This document shows, piece after piece, positions 13,204-26,400 of a stretch of DNA of 64,000 bases (its first letter is position 1; each line of letters starts with the position of its first letter). Source of the stretch: Podarcis tiliguerta (taxonomy: Eukaryota); the NCBI GenBank assembly GCA_965153285.1, contig OZ229111.1; one strand, written 5' to 3'. A program made the translations under genes and the position numbers. Below the pieces are notes generated by a model. That model was not told where the DNA came from, ran no database searches, and saw nothing but the letters and a program-made list of their open reading frames with translations.

Positions 13204-13945
13204 TTATTTATTTATTTATACCCCACCCATCTGGCTGGGTTCCCCCAGCCACCTTGGGTGGCTTTAAGCATATCTAAAAACATAATAAAAACGCCAAGCG
13301 TTAAAAACCTCCCAATACATGGCTGCCTTCAGATGTCTTCTAAAATTATCTCTTTGACATCTGAAGGGAGGGCGTCACTACTGAGAAGGCCCTCTGCCTG
13401 GTTCCCTGTTACTTTGCTTCTCGCAGTGAGGGAACCAGCAGAAGACCCTTGGAGGAGGACCTCTGTGTCCAGGCTGAGTGATGGGGGAGGAGACACTCCA
13501 TCAGGTATGCTGGGCCAAGGTCATTTAGGACTTTGAAGATCAGCTCCAACACTTTGAATTGTGCTCAGAAACATACTGGCAGTCAGTGAAGATCTTTTAG
13601 GGCCAGTGTTATATGGTCCCAATGGCCACTCCCAGTCATCAGTCTAGCTGCTGCATTCAAGATTAGTTGTAGTTTCTGAGTCACTTTCAAAGGTAGCCCC
13701 ACGTAGAGTGCATTGCAGTAGTCCAAGCAGGAGATAACCAGGGCATGCACCACTTGGGTGAGACAGTCTACGGGCAGGTAGGGTCTCAGCCTGCGTATCA
13801 GATGGAGCTGGTAAACAGCTGCCCTGGACACAGAATTGACAGCTGTGAGTCCAAAATGACTCCCAGGCTGTGCACCTGGTCTTTCAGGGGAACAGTTATC
13901 CTGTTCAGGACCAAGGAGTCTCCCCCTCACTCTGCATCCCCCCGG
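13204..13945 (-). mobile_element. L2 LINE 3' portion (ORF2 C-terminus and tail), 5'-truncated
   Basis: Minus ORF 13583-13948 reads YQLHLIRRLRPYL...VVHALVISCLDYCNALYVGLPLKVTQKLQLILNAAARLMTG...DHITLALKDLH, carrying the L2 motifs SRLDYCN and LQLVQNAAAR. It ends in a (TAAA)n tail at ~13204. Confidence 0.92.
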
Positions 13946-16644
13946 CAAACCAAATTATTAAGCTGAAATGTGTTACTTTATTATCCCCAAGACCTTTGAT
14001 ACATTTAAGTAGGCAGGAAGAACACACACCACTTTGCTCTTGGACAATAATAGTACTGGAGTCATGGATTGGAGTTAACATTTATATACGACTTGATTTT
14101 AGTAAAACTTCAAGCAGTTTACAGAAATAGTTCAAAATCCTAAACGCTCAACAATAATCACATTTACTCGGAAGCAAGTTCAAATGATTTCCAAAGAATG
14201 ACTGGTGAATTTTCCTTGCTACACTCTTGTGGAACAACTTTCTTACAAATATACTCTTGGAGCAGTTTTCACCAGTTTCACCAGTTTTAAAATGGCTTCC
14301 CTCTCTTCCGCTGCACAACCAAAATTGGGTCTGGAGGGGTCAGGAGAACCCTCAGAGCAGTGTGTAGGGGAAAGAGAGGGCTGATGATTGTACCTGGCAA
14401 GCTGAAATGCTTGCACAGATGGAGTGTCTGTAATAGCACAATATTGAGATCTATCCTATACAACAAGATTACATTTAACACATTCCAAAGAAGGTTCATA
14501 TTTTATTGTCTCTCAAATTGTGTTTATGTCAAACCTTGGAGTATGCTCATATTTACTATTCTGTTCCATTTGGAACCATTTTACTAGTCGCACTAGGAGG
14601 GCGACAGGTCCCTCAACCCGAAAGTAGCGGATCAACTGCTTTTTCAAGACCAACGTCTTAATGCGGTATCAACGTGAAATTGGCTACGACTCAGAACTGG
14701 AAGCATTTACACATGCTATTAAACTTTATTAGAGCGAATAGTCCCACAGAAATAAGTTTAAAGCTGTATAACTCCAATAAGCAAACTGAGAAACTTACAC
14801 CTCAACTGAAACCAGATTTTACTGAAAAGGCGCACTGATTTCAATAGTTATGAGAGCCAAAATTCCATATTCAGAGGCGGTAAACTTTTAATTGCCCCTG
14901 ATTTATACTAGCGCACTGTTTGGATCAGAATGCATCTGAATTAAGTCCCATTTGTTTCAGCTGGATTTATTTCTCAGTCCATTGAGAAATTTTGACAGTA
15001 TGAGGATAAATATCCTGAACATAGTTGGCATTTTAATTTAAAACACTTCCAATGTTATTTATACAGTATGGGCTTAATTTTGTCCCACTTGCAATGTCCA
15101 TGCTGATACATGGTGGCTGAAACATCTATAACCAAGGGAGAAAGATCGTGTACACAAACTTGGCTATAGAGCTGGCATCATTGCATTTACCACAACAAGG
15201 CACTTTACATGGAACAAATGTTAAAGAATGGTTAGAAGGTTCCTACGGATGAGAACAAGGCAGCTCATTTCTTGATGAGGAGCTTTGGATGGTCCAAGCA
15301 CAGAACACCACTGCTGGTCCACAGGACAGCTTGCCAGGTAGCTTGTGAAAACCACTGAAAATCTGAGTGTATATGTGCTCACACTGAAAGCCCAAATAGT
15401 GTAGGCTTTTAAGGGTGCAGTTCTAACAGGAGCAAGGGTGTGTAGTGGCAGATTCATTGCTGTTGCCTCCTGCTGGCTAAGGCAGAAGGTGAGGGAAAAG
15501 ATGATGTACCTATTTTGCTGTGCCAGCTTCAGGCTGCTGCAGCTCAGGGGTCCAAAATTAGACTCCTCTCCAGGAACTGTGTTTGCTTTGATCCATTGCC
15601 AGCCCAGCTCTGACCTCTCCCCCAAATCACTCTGAGGATCTACCGCTGTTTGAAATACCACCTTTGGCAAGGGCCTCTGCAGTGGTGCAGACCACTGCTG
15701 GTGAAGCCTGTCAGGAGGACACCTCCTAACCATAGCGAGCAGCAGAAACTGGGATTATTCTGCCCAAATTCTAAATTGATTGGGTCTCTCAGAGCAGTTA
15801 CTCCCTCATAAGCCTTCATTCAGCCCAATTTCTTTTTCATCACTTGGGGGAGAGGAAGTAGGGGATGGCAATGCTCTTCAAAGTTTTAGGAAGAGTCTCG
15901 ACAATTTTAGAGGTGTCAATTAAGTGACTGAGTGACTTTCACTCACTAAAAAGAAAAACTAAGTTACAGATTGACTCAGCAGCCCAGCTGACATTCAGCA
16001 TGTGAGAATGTCTCTGTGAATGATACTATATCATGATGTAGGGTAACAAAACACAGTCTCTGTGTGTGTACACACACACCTAAGAATGTTTTTTTTTTTT
16101 TTACAAATAATATATATGTGTGTGTGTGTATTAAGATCAGAATTTTATGTTTTTAAGACACACGATGAGAACAAATGGAATTAATTTGAGGATGTTTCCT
16201 GTGCTCTGTATTACACAGTATTACTATATATTCTAATCTGTAATACAAGAGGAGTCATTACTATTGTGTTTTGAATTGTGGCTGGTGTTTTTCCTTTTTT
16301 GTCTCTCTGACGCCTACTAGCTTTCCCGTTGTGGAAGAGATTTTATATATATATATATAACTCTGTGCGTTTTAAGTATATGCATTTTTTCAAGGCTGCT
16401 TCTTTGGACCGTGGAAACATTTCCTGTTAATATTTCCATGCTGCAGCCAAACAGAGCTTTCAAATGTAGCAGAAAGTGAAACATATAGAGTTTCTGTTTC
16501 CTTGTTGCCATATATGATTTTATGCCAGTGGGGCTTTGTTTCTGCATTTTAATAATACTGTGTTTTGCAGTAAAGAGAAACACATTCAATACAAGTCTTA
16601 ACTTTCACTTTTTACATAAACACAACATATTCAAAACATGCATA

Positions 16645-16646
16645 TA

Positions 16647-16677
<31 letters not shown>
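16645..16677. repeat. (GT)n/(TA) compound microsatellite
   Basis: Direct reading. Confidence 0.9.
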
Positions 16678-18632
16678 TTTGAATAATGGCTCTGCCTGCT
16701 CAGATTCCAGTGAAGGCTATGTCAATGGTTGATTATACATGGCAGTGCTATGCTGCCATCTAATGTCTGATCTTACATAGTTCATCACCAGCACAAGTAT
16801 CTATAAGGAAAGCTGCTCAGATGATTTGAGCTGCACTCACCTTTGTTTATCCATAGGGTTTGGAAGATTCTGTGGCTAATTTAAACTTACTGCATTCCTC
16901 TGAAGGTCAACACTAGCTTTCTTCTTGAAGACTTGATCAAGAGAATGTCAACTTAATTGACAATGATCACAATTCAATTCAGGAATGCTGAACCCTCCAG
17001 ATTGATGTTAGGCTCCAACTCCTATCAGCCCCAAGTGGCACAAATGATGGGAGTTGTAGTCCAACAACCTGTGCAAGGTCACAGGTCCCCCCCTTTCTAA
17101 TTTGTGTAAACCTGACAGGGAACAGAATCTCAACAAGATGATTCAGTTATAAAGTCCAAGTCAGCAAATATATCAATCAAAATATGGCTGAAATGAAGAA
17201 TTGTTAGAGAGCTTTAACTTGACTTTTTGTATAATACACTTACTACACATGTTAGCCAGTTTTTCTAGTCCCCTCCAAAGGGGAATGTATTTCACAATAC
17301 CTCCTCCTATTGCATAGCTAACACATCATTTTTAAAAATCTTCATAGTCCCCATATGATCTGAGAGCAAATTTCCTTCATACACATAATGACTTCTGGCC
17401 CATTCACATTTACAATTTTCCCACTGTAACAAACCATTCCAGTAATCACGGCACCACTAAAAATAAATAAAACATTAAATGGGAATTTTATATCATTAGT
17501 TACTACTGGTTATTAGTTTATCATTTGAGTTCATTGAAATTAAGTTGCTCTTCATCCCACAAGCACCTCTGACCTGCACAGCATACACAAGCTAATCAGG
17601 ATATATGTTCATATCCTTCAAATAAATGAGAAAATGGAGATGGCTTTTAAGTTCCTTCTATTGCTGTGCTGATATGAAACCATGCTGAAGGATCCAGATT
17701 AAAATAAAAATAAAAATCAGGACCCTAAAAACCCACGGAATGCATATAATGTAGTGAGCTCCCTGGCCTCACAGTTTTATTTATCTGTGCACTTACCATT
17801 GGAATGATTGTGTATGGTAATGAGCCAGAGATGTGCAGTGATGTGAGGAAGGGAAACATCCACTTTTTCCCATTAAAAAAACTGCTGTCATGAACAAAAA
17901 CAAGGAAGGAAGATTACATCATTTGCCAATCTGTCTTGTATCATTTATTGTTGCTGGAATTCATTCCACATTTCCCTCCTAAACAAGGAATGCATGAGAT
18001 CTAGTTTATGGAACCCATAATTAAAGAGAGGCAGAAGACAAGGTAAGGGCCCTTGTGTTACTTTTAAGTAACACAGAGCCATGTAGGAAGATATCTGCCT
18101 TGCAGGACCTACTTTGTGCTATAATCCTGAGATCCACCAACTGGATTAAAGGATTCTGAAAGCCCAGGAACTTGTTTTGAATACTATCTGAACAGATCTC
18201 ACATTCTTTACACAGTCCTTTAGCTAGGAGCATAACTAAATGGAATATCAGCACATATCCTCCTGGATCCCTGCTCTACAATTAGTATGTACATTTTGTG
18301 TGGTCATAGATTTCTTGCAGAAACAGGATACCCATTCATTTAAATGGAACAGAAAGGTATGTACCGCTGAGCAAAATAAGGGGGGTGCTGCACATAAAGG
18401 AGTTTATGTGTTTACTAATGGTCCACACAAGGCTTTAGTTCAAATGCTCTTTTTGAATGAGATACATATCACTGCAGCATATACATGTTTACACAAATGA
18501 ATCCTTCTGTGTCCTTTTGAATCATTATAGAAACAGGCCATGAAAGAAAATGGGATCTAGTAAACACATAGGATGAAATCCAATGTCTCATGAGTGGACT
18601 TCCCTGAATACCACAGGGCTGCCCTTCCTCCC

Positions 18633-18665
18633 TTCTCTCTCTCTCTCTCTCTCTCTCTCCCTCTC
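18633..18665. repeat. (CT)n microsatellite
   Basis: Direct reading. Confidence 0.9.
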
Positions 18666-21600
18666 ATGGAGCTCCCAATAGCCCCAAAAATCTGCTCCAA
18701 AGGGTCTCCCATAACAGAGCGTACAAGGGCCTGCAGGGGGAGCAGAAGGGGAAATCCAGTTGTATGAGTGGAAATCCGTGGGGGTTTTTTGTTCTGTTTT
18801 TTGGTGGATGGGCACAATAGGCTCACAGCCATCTATGTAATGCTCATTGAGGGAGATGTGAAAGACTTTAGGACCACTCTAAACAGCTCGTGTGACTTTG
18901 TTCAGTACATCAAATAATGTCAGTAAAATAGGATGTGGGAGTTCTAGGAAACTGGGGAGGACAAGAGGTTTCTAAAAGAATCCATGAATATTATAAATGG
19001 TTTCTTTTGACATTTTGTTCCTACGTATGCAGAAATTAAATAGCATCTAACAATGTTATTAGCAAAGCTTTCTGAGGACTTTTGATTTACTTCCTTTCTT
19101 GATCTAGTCCACCCAGAAAACAACATTCTTCTTATAATTCCCTTAAAGTACAAAACTGGTTTCAAAGAGTGTGTATTTTCCTATAATACATTACAAAGCA
19201 TCACATATATCTACAAAGGAATATATAGAGTTGAACAAAAGCTGAATACTCACAGAAAACTATATTTAAGTGAAACAACATTTGCTGAGTTTGTGTGTGT
19301 TCCACCTAGCAATAATAAACTAGAATTAAACTCTCCAGGAGTTTTTCTTTTAAATTTCACTGCTGAGAACAAGGCACGGTGAGATATTTGTACATATTTT
19401 CTATAACTTGTTAATGTAGAAAAGGTGGGGAAGAATACTATACAGGTTGTAAGAAATCCTGTTTACCCAAATGACATTTTAAAGAGTTATTCACAAACTC
19501 TTTTTTTAAAAGCTGTACTAATGACAAAGCTAAGTGTACTGATTTTATCTTGGCCACATATTAGTGGTACATGGTAATTTATTTATTTTTTGTTTCTGAG
19601 GGGTGGGGGGACACACCAGACAATATGTATGCACACAAACAGGTTTGTCTCTTGTACCCCCCCCCCGGAACCAGGGTTACGTATACGACTGAACATAACA
19701 TTTACACTCTGCATACAATTCTGAACAAGGGTGCCCAGCTGGAAAGAACAGTTACTCAGCAGCTAATCTAAGAACTGGAGAGCATCCACTGCTGTTGCTC
19801 TGCTAGCACCACACTTCTCTTCCTTGCAGCCCCTTCCATGCATAAGGGGAAATCTCATTATGTGAGTGGAACTTCACACATGCGGCGCTGGATTCAACCC
19901 AACACTTCCAGATTAGCTTTGTACAATATCCATTGCAGCCACTGTGTTGGATCTGGGAGATTCTGGGTTTCTTATTGCCTTTTACAGATTCCCTGACAGC
20001 AACTAAGCCACTGCCTCCTGGAATTTGTTCCCTATTTTTAAAATGGAAACAACACTGATCTACCTGATGGGTTGGTATTGGGGGGCGGGGGCGGGATGGG
20101 AGACAGAATTAAATAGGAAATGCATAAGACTGTTTCAGCCATTCTTCTCTTGAACAACTGTAATCACACCAGGAGGGAACAAGGTTATGCTTGTTGGTTC
20201 TGACCCCCCGCCATCTACATGTGGGGGGGAGGAGTCTGAAGCAAAGCCCCACCCCATTAGAAGACTGAATGGTAAACTAAGGAAGGCTCCATTCAAGCAA
20301 TTAGCAAATGAGTGTTTTGAAATCTAAAAGCAAATTGCAGGTGCTGGGAGTGACTATGGCCCCAGCACAGGAGGCAGGTACAAGAGGCAGACTGTGTCCT
20401 GTTGCAGTTCTGATTTGGGGTCACAACACCTGCTATTTGCAATTAAAACAAAAGGGAGCTTCCCTCACATTGCAATCAGCCGGTGCAAGGGGCCTGATGT
20501 AGACTGAGACCACAGCAGGGACACCCCACACCAGGATCCTGCTCCCAATTTGCTCTGCTCATGCAGGCAGTTCACTTTGAGAAGCAATTCACATAATTGC
20601 TAATAGCATGACTAACATCACAACTGCTGCTACCCTCAGCTTTACACTGCTGCTCCCATCCCAAAATACTAAGCAGTTTTTATAGGTAGGATAATTTGTC
20701 TACATTTAGAATGTCCCTTAAAACAGTTTATACCAAAAAAGTAATTCCACTGCCTTTTTGCACTGTTCTCTTTTTAAAACAAAACTTCTTCGGGGTGGAA
20801 GGAGGAACAGCCAGGAAAATGTTGGTGTTCTGACAATTTCATTTCATCTTCTCATCAAAACCACTCAAATGTAAATATTAACCAAGTGTAATGCCTAATC
20901 CAAACGTTAGAGGGATAAATGTTTGTGCAAGCTCCAATTATGACTCCATCAATCCTTCTGTACAATAATCCTGACTTTTTAAATATGCAAATACCCCTCT
21001 GAGATATATTGCTGCTTTCTGCTTATATATTGTTGAATTCTGATAATTACATTAAGTGCCTACCTTAGAAATGGCATCCATATTATATTATAGTGAATTC
21101 ACTAATGCCACTCCTTTAGTTAGATTCAATGGTGATGAAACTCTTAAAGTGTTCCTATAAAACCAAAAAAATGAAGCTACAGCCTATGCTATCATTCAAT
21201 AAACTTTTATGTAACAGACACATCAAACTTCTTTCTGACTTTGGTTAATTAAAAGAAGGCAAAAAGGGTAATGGAAATGAATTTTCACCTTTTAAAAAAA
21301 GAGTAATTGGGGGAATAATCCTTCAAGCGAAGATAAAGAAGAGAAGGAGCTTGCATACAATATCCACACAGTTTTAGAAATTTGAGTCCACTTAAACATG
21401 ACAAATAGGGGCTATTACTTAGGAACACAGAAATTCCACTTTAATGTAAGTGTACATAATTGCAGCAATTTATGGCTTTGCCTTGCACTTACAGGGGTTT
21501 GGGTCTCTCACCATACAACCTGTGCATTTCTATATCACCAAAAGGCTTATGTTATTATTTGCATTGGAGCTTCTAGGGAAAAAAATGTCTGCAGTATTTA

Positions 21601-21745
21601 AGTTTAAATAGTAGCCTTTTTAGTAGTCGTCCTTGTGAACCATTACACTCTGCTCTTAAATTCTGTATATCTTAAGAAGAAGAAGAAAATGTAAACATCT
21701 CTATCTCGGCATGTATAAAATCAGTCAACATATTTTTTATCTTAC

Positions 21746-21820
21746 CAGAGGCCTGAGTTCTGGATGAGTCAGAATGTATCCATTGTTCGTGATTGCGAAT
21801 GCATATCCATGAATACCTAA
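21746..21820 (-). CDS. CACNA2D3: CACNA2D3 coding exon (about exon 17), 75 nt, [25 protein letters not shown]
   Basis: ttttttccctatatccttacag|TTAGGTATT...AGGCCTCTG|gtaag. Peptide is the alpha2delta Cache-domain motif GYAF.I.NNGYIL.HP.LRP. Confidence 0.98.
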
Positions 21821-21916
21821 CTGTAAGGATATAGGGAAAAAAAGAACCTGAATAAATAGGGCCTACAGAGCAGGTAAACCTTTAGAACACAAACCATCAG
21901 GAAGTTCTCTGGCACA

Positions 21917-22230
21917 CGAGATCACAAGTTCATTGAGGATTGGGGAAAATTTTCTGAGTATTTGAAAAGTGTATGTGATGAGCAAACAACGCTAGTGGGT
22001 TTTAAAGAAGCTTTGTGAAAGAATAAGGAATATTGCAAGAATGTAAATATGTTTGTAAAGGTATCTTAAAAGGCGATATTAATTTTGGGAATGCGTAGAT
22101 AATAAATTCAAATATGGATGATTGTCAGAGAAGCTGAGGGAAGTCCAAAAGAGAAAAATATGTTAATTGGGAATTGTTAATTGGAGATAATTGTGTAAAA
22201 CTTAATAAAAATTTATTTTTTTAAAAAAAG
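21917..22230 (+). mobile_element. 5'-truncated L1 insertion with 17-bp target-site duplication
   Basis: Homologous to ~202-524 (DHKFIEDWGKF.EYLK). Has AATAAA and an A-rich tail. TSD GGAAGTTCTCTGGCACA at 21900-21916 and 22231-22247. Confidence 0.92.
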
Positions 22231-22553
22231 GGAAGTTCTCTGGCACAAGACCCATCTAAAAAATGTGAACTGCACAGAAACACATTTCAGTAGTGGGTTT
22301 TCAAGAAAATTTCCTGGTGCATTGTGCCTTGGCACCTCAAACTTGGCAATTATAAGCCTTTAGCAACAAAGCATTTTGCTCAAATTCAGGTGAAGTCCCT
22401 TTTCTTTAACATGTAGTAAAAAAAATCCCTATAGCTGTGGGGACTTCAGTATATTAGGAGTGGGGAGCTCTGGTCAACCTTCTTGGGGGTGTCACATAAC
22501 AACAATGGGCAGGGCTAAAAGCAAAAGATAAAAGGCAAATTCTACTACTACTA

Positions 22554-22803
22554 CAGTGGTACCTCAGAAGTTGAGCAGAATCCGTTCCAGAAGTCCGTTC
22601 AACTTCCAAAATGTTCGGAAACTAAGGCACAGCTTCCGATTGGCTGCAGGAAGCTCCTGCAGTCAATCGGAAGCTGCGGAAGTCGCATCGGACATTCAGG
22701 TTCCAAAGAATGTTCGCAAACCAGAACACTCACTTCCAGGTTGGTGGTGTTCAGGAGCCAAAACGTTTTACTCGCAAGGCCTTCGGCATCCAAGGTACGA
22801 CTG
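22554..22803. mobile_element. Tc1/mariner (Tigger-like) MITE
   Basis: TA|CAGTGGTACCTC ... AAGGTACGACTG|TC terminal inverted repeats; internal hairpin CAGCTTCCGATTGGCTGCAGGA-agc-TCCTGCAGTCAATCGGAAGCTG; sits in a (CTA)n run. Confidence 0.85.
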
Positions 22804-23399
22804 TCCTACTACTATTTTTATTATTGAATTTGTATACTGCCCTTAATCCACAGATCTCAGGATGGTTTTTCCTACACACATTTCCACAGCCTGCTCTATC
22901 TGCCATCCAGGCAGCAAGAGCATTACCAGAGTTCAAGGACAGTCAGGGAGGATGCAAAGAGGGGCTGGTGAGGTGTGTGGCATGGGGACAAACTGAAGGG
23001 CCAGACAGAGAGGCTTGGAGAACTGAATTTGGCTCCCGGGCCTGAGGTTCCACATCCCTTCAGGAAACAACACAGCTACAATATCCACCTCATTGCATGT
23101 ATGCATCTTTTCTCACTCTCTTCTGTATTTTAGGGGAAATAAACAGATAAATAGACATCAATCTAACACATTTAGTGCTGCCAGGAGTGGCTGTGGGATG
23201 GCTTCCAGGGCACAGTGGGGCTCTTGGCCCCTTCTTTTCCTCCTCTAGCCACACCTCTCTCTCTTGGCCCCATCCCTTTAAACTAAAACACATATTGATC
23301 AGTATGGCAACCCACTATTGTCAAATGTTAGTAGTTCACTCGTTGCCTTTTTATTTATTTATTAAGCCAGCAGTATAACTTGGACTTCACCTAATTCAC

Positions 23400-23470
23400 T
23401 ACCCTATACACACTCATCTGGGAGTAAGTCCTACTGAACTCATTGGGGCTTACTTCTGAATAGACACATA
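23400..23470. repeat. old palindromic interspersed repeat (AGTAAGTCC...GAACTCA.TGGG.CTTACT core)
   Basis: Self-complementary core. Related copies at ~1075-1130, ~14935-14975, ~36225-36275, ~38650-38695, ~47075-47135 and ~51525-51605. Confidence 0.6.
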
Positions 23471-26400
23471 CGATGAAATAGGTAAAAGGTAAAAGTAAAA
23501 TTATTATATGATGGATTTCCCGGTCACAAGTAGACACCTATCACTTATAGAATCCCATGCCAGGAAAAAGTGCAAGAAGATGCTTAAGAAGGCTCTACTT
23601 GCCACCAATTCACCACAACCATCCTTAGAATATATGGAAGCAAGTCTTGTTTATTTTAGTTTCTGTGGTTCTTTTGGATGAGAAAGCCCCCCAAATACAG
23701 TCTTCCCAGAATCCGGCACAGCTGTCACTGACAGAGCTTATGACTGAGCTCAATGTGAAATTTCAATTGTTGTGCTTTGCGAGAAATCCAGCTGTCTTAC
23801 TAAATTAAAATGAGGGAAGGAGTTTCAAATATGCCTGCTCAGGGCTCCTCAGATTTTCAAATTAAAATATCCTAGACTGGGCTATGATGCTTACCATTTA
23901 CACCCCAGGGTTTTGGCAGGGCAAACGTTACCCCCTGTCCAGTTCTGCTGGCAGCAGAACTTTGGCTTTACAGAAGGGAAGAGAAAAATGAAGCATCCCT
24001 GCTTCCTTTACTGAGCAATACGATTTATCAGAAAGGAGGAACCTAAAACATAATTAGCAAGTGCAGAAGATGTGTTGCTCTCTACTTTCCATGGAAAATG
24101 GAAGTTGTTGTTTTAAACTTATTGAAGATAAGGAAAAACCTTGATTTGGTTTAAACCACTTCAGTACTGAAAGACAACAGGAGACTCTGGTAATTGGACC
24201 TAGGCACCTTACTGTCTGTGATCAAGAGAGTAAAAAAATAATCATAGATGGACATAATACTATATGTATAAAAAGGGACTATTTCTAATTCAGAGGCTCA
24301 TACAATTTCCACTTTCAAACCTCAGAGATATATTGGAAGTAATCTGAGAGCAATGTAGTGTTGTATTAGGCCTGAAAGTACATGCATAATCAAATTTAGC
24401 ACTGCACTTATTTCAATAGCAATCCTACCCCTTTTGACAATGCTTCTGTTACACAGCTGACTGCCCTCATTGATTGCAATAAATGTATCTTCGAATCACT
24501 GATGTCTAGTCATTAAAATGTCCCCTAGTGAAAAACCCCCACTGCTGATAGCTTTGGCAGATGTTCTGTACAACACAGCTTTACTGCTGGGAAGGCAGAT
24601 CAAATACGGAAATAGTTTTAAACCTGCTGGGTTGGGTGTGTGTGTGTTTTGCAGTGCATAATACAACTTATTTCTAAAATTGCCCAAATCATCTCTTAAT
24701 CAATTGTGACTGTTCTCAAGACATTCTCTAGCTTAAAGGTCACATTACTTTATACGAAAGGCCACTCTCTTCAGATAAGGTTCATTCTAAAGTAAGGATC
24801 AATCTTATATACCACCAGGGAAATGGTGGGATGGATCCAGCGAAGCATAAACAGGTTTCTGCTTACAAAATAGGGCTTTTCTCTCCTCTCCATCCCATCG
24901 CTTCCCCATTTCTCCCATGGCCCTGAAAAGCTGCTCTTGAAGCTCAGGGAAATGGTGTGCTATGGGGCACGAGGGACTATAGTTGAAAAGGGAATCAACA
25001 TAATTCAAGAGCCACAGCAACAAAGAGGTTGACAGCTGACCTGCCCTTGAACAGCCCTCATTGCGTGTGTGCACTTGTACTTGCACGCGCGCACACACAC
25101 AGAGAGAAAATTATCAACTGAGGTCATTTCTAATACAATGTGGTGCATAATCAGGTACAGATTGTTTTGAAGGAAATGGCTAAGGGCAATGAAAAGGGAC
25201 TCCAGTCCAGTGCACTTGAAACTGGTACTGTACTTTTTGGGCACATATATTATCAACTATATTGCACAAGGTACATTGGCAGACTTAAAATTGTGATGCA
25301 AGAATTTACTATTACTGCCAAAGCCCTGTCCTTATTTAGCTACAGTTTGAACCCAAACCAGGAATGTGCTGCCTTAGATCCTACTATTCACCTCAGCAAA
25401 CCTTGAAGACACCAAATCACATATGAGAATTTCTCCTCAAGACCGCTTTGCAGCTAATTCAGAACCTTGGGCAATAATTGTAATTGCATACCCAGATTCT
25501 AACTCCAGTAAGATAGATAGCCACAAATCTTACAGAAGATAAAAAATGTGTTTGAGACACTCAAGTTGTTTTTTTTGGAATCTATGAAGAACTGCTTAGG
25601 TCAACAATTAATATCTCTGTGTGTGTGTGCGCGCGTGCACATGTGGGTATTGCTGTATTGTCCTCTTGTATATTTGTTTATAGTTTTACAAGCAAAGGAG
25701 TGCATTAGTTGTATAGCAACGACTTGAATCTAAAATTCTCATTTGTCCAATATCTTATGTCATTCTTGCAGCTTGGCTAAGCAAGAGGAAGTCAGTGATA
25801 TATTGTTCAGCCTGCAGTGTGGAATGTGGGAGAGGAAAAGCCACACATAGGCTTGTGTGGGTTATACTAGGCCACAACTTTACTGGTTACAGCTCACTGA
25901 GTTTTGGCGTGGCATAGGATGGGATCCAGTTATCAGGCAGCTGTTGATGGAAGTTGCATGACTTGCAGGCCAACCACTGTGTGCACTGATACCACGATCC
26001 TATCATACAGCCTGGAATGCAGTATGTGTGCCACCTCCCCGAGGCCTTGAAGCACCACCTAGGATCCCTTAAGGGGATCTCCCAGAGGGAAGAGAGGTGA
26101 TCATCCCTGCTCTGGATTCAACCCAATGCCTCTCCACCTGCAATAATGAGTTGTGGTGAAATATAAAATAATGAACAACAACCATCAGAACACAAATGTT
26201 GCTACGTGGAAGGTCAAAGACCCACACCAGTTGTGAATGTGTATGAAATTCCTTCCCAGCCCTGTCAACCAGTAGCTAACCTTCCTTCACAGCAAACTTA
26301 AGTATCTTTCCTAAGAGTTTTCCTACAGTCTGCTCCCTGGTTTTGCTTCCTAAGCTCCACTGGCAGCACTGGTTGTTCCTGAGCAGTGGTAGCCACACAA

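Noticed and set aside
15221-15733. 170-aa minus-strand ORF
   Set aside because: No domain resemblance or supporting splice/promoter context; the length is compatible with chance in 64 kb.
16836-16900. Strong donor AAG|gtgagt on the gene strand
   Set aside because: No credible upstream acceptor; treated as an isolated pseudo-site.
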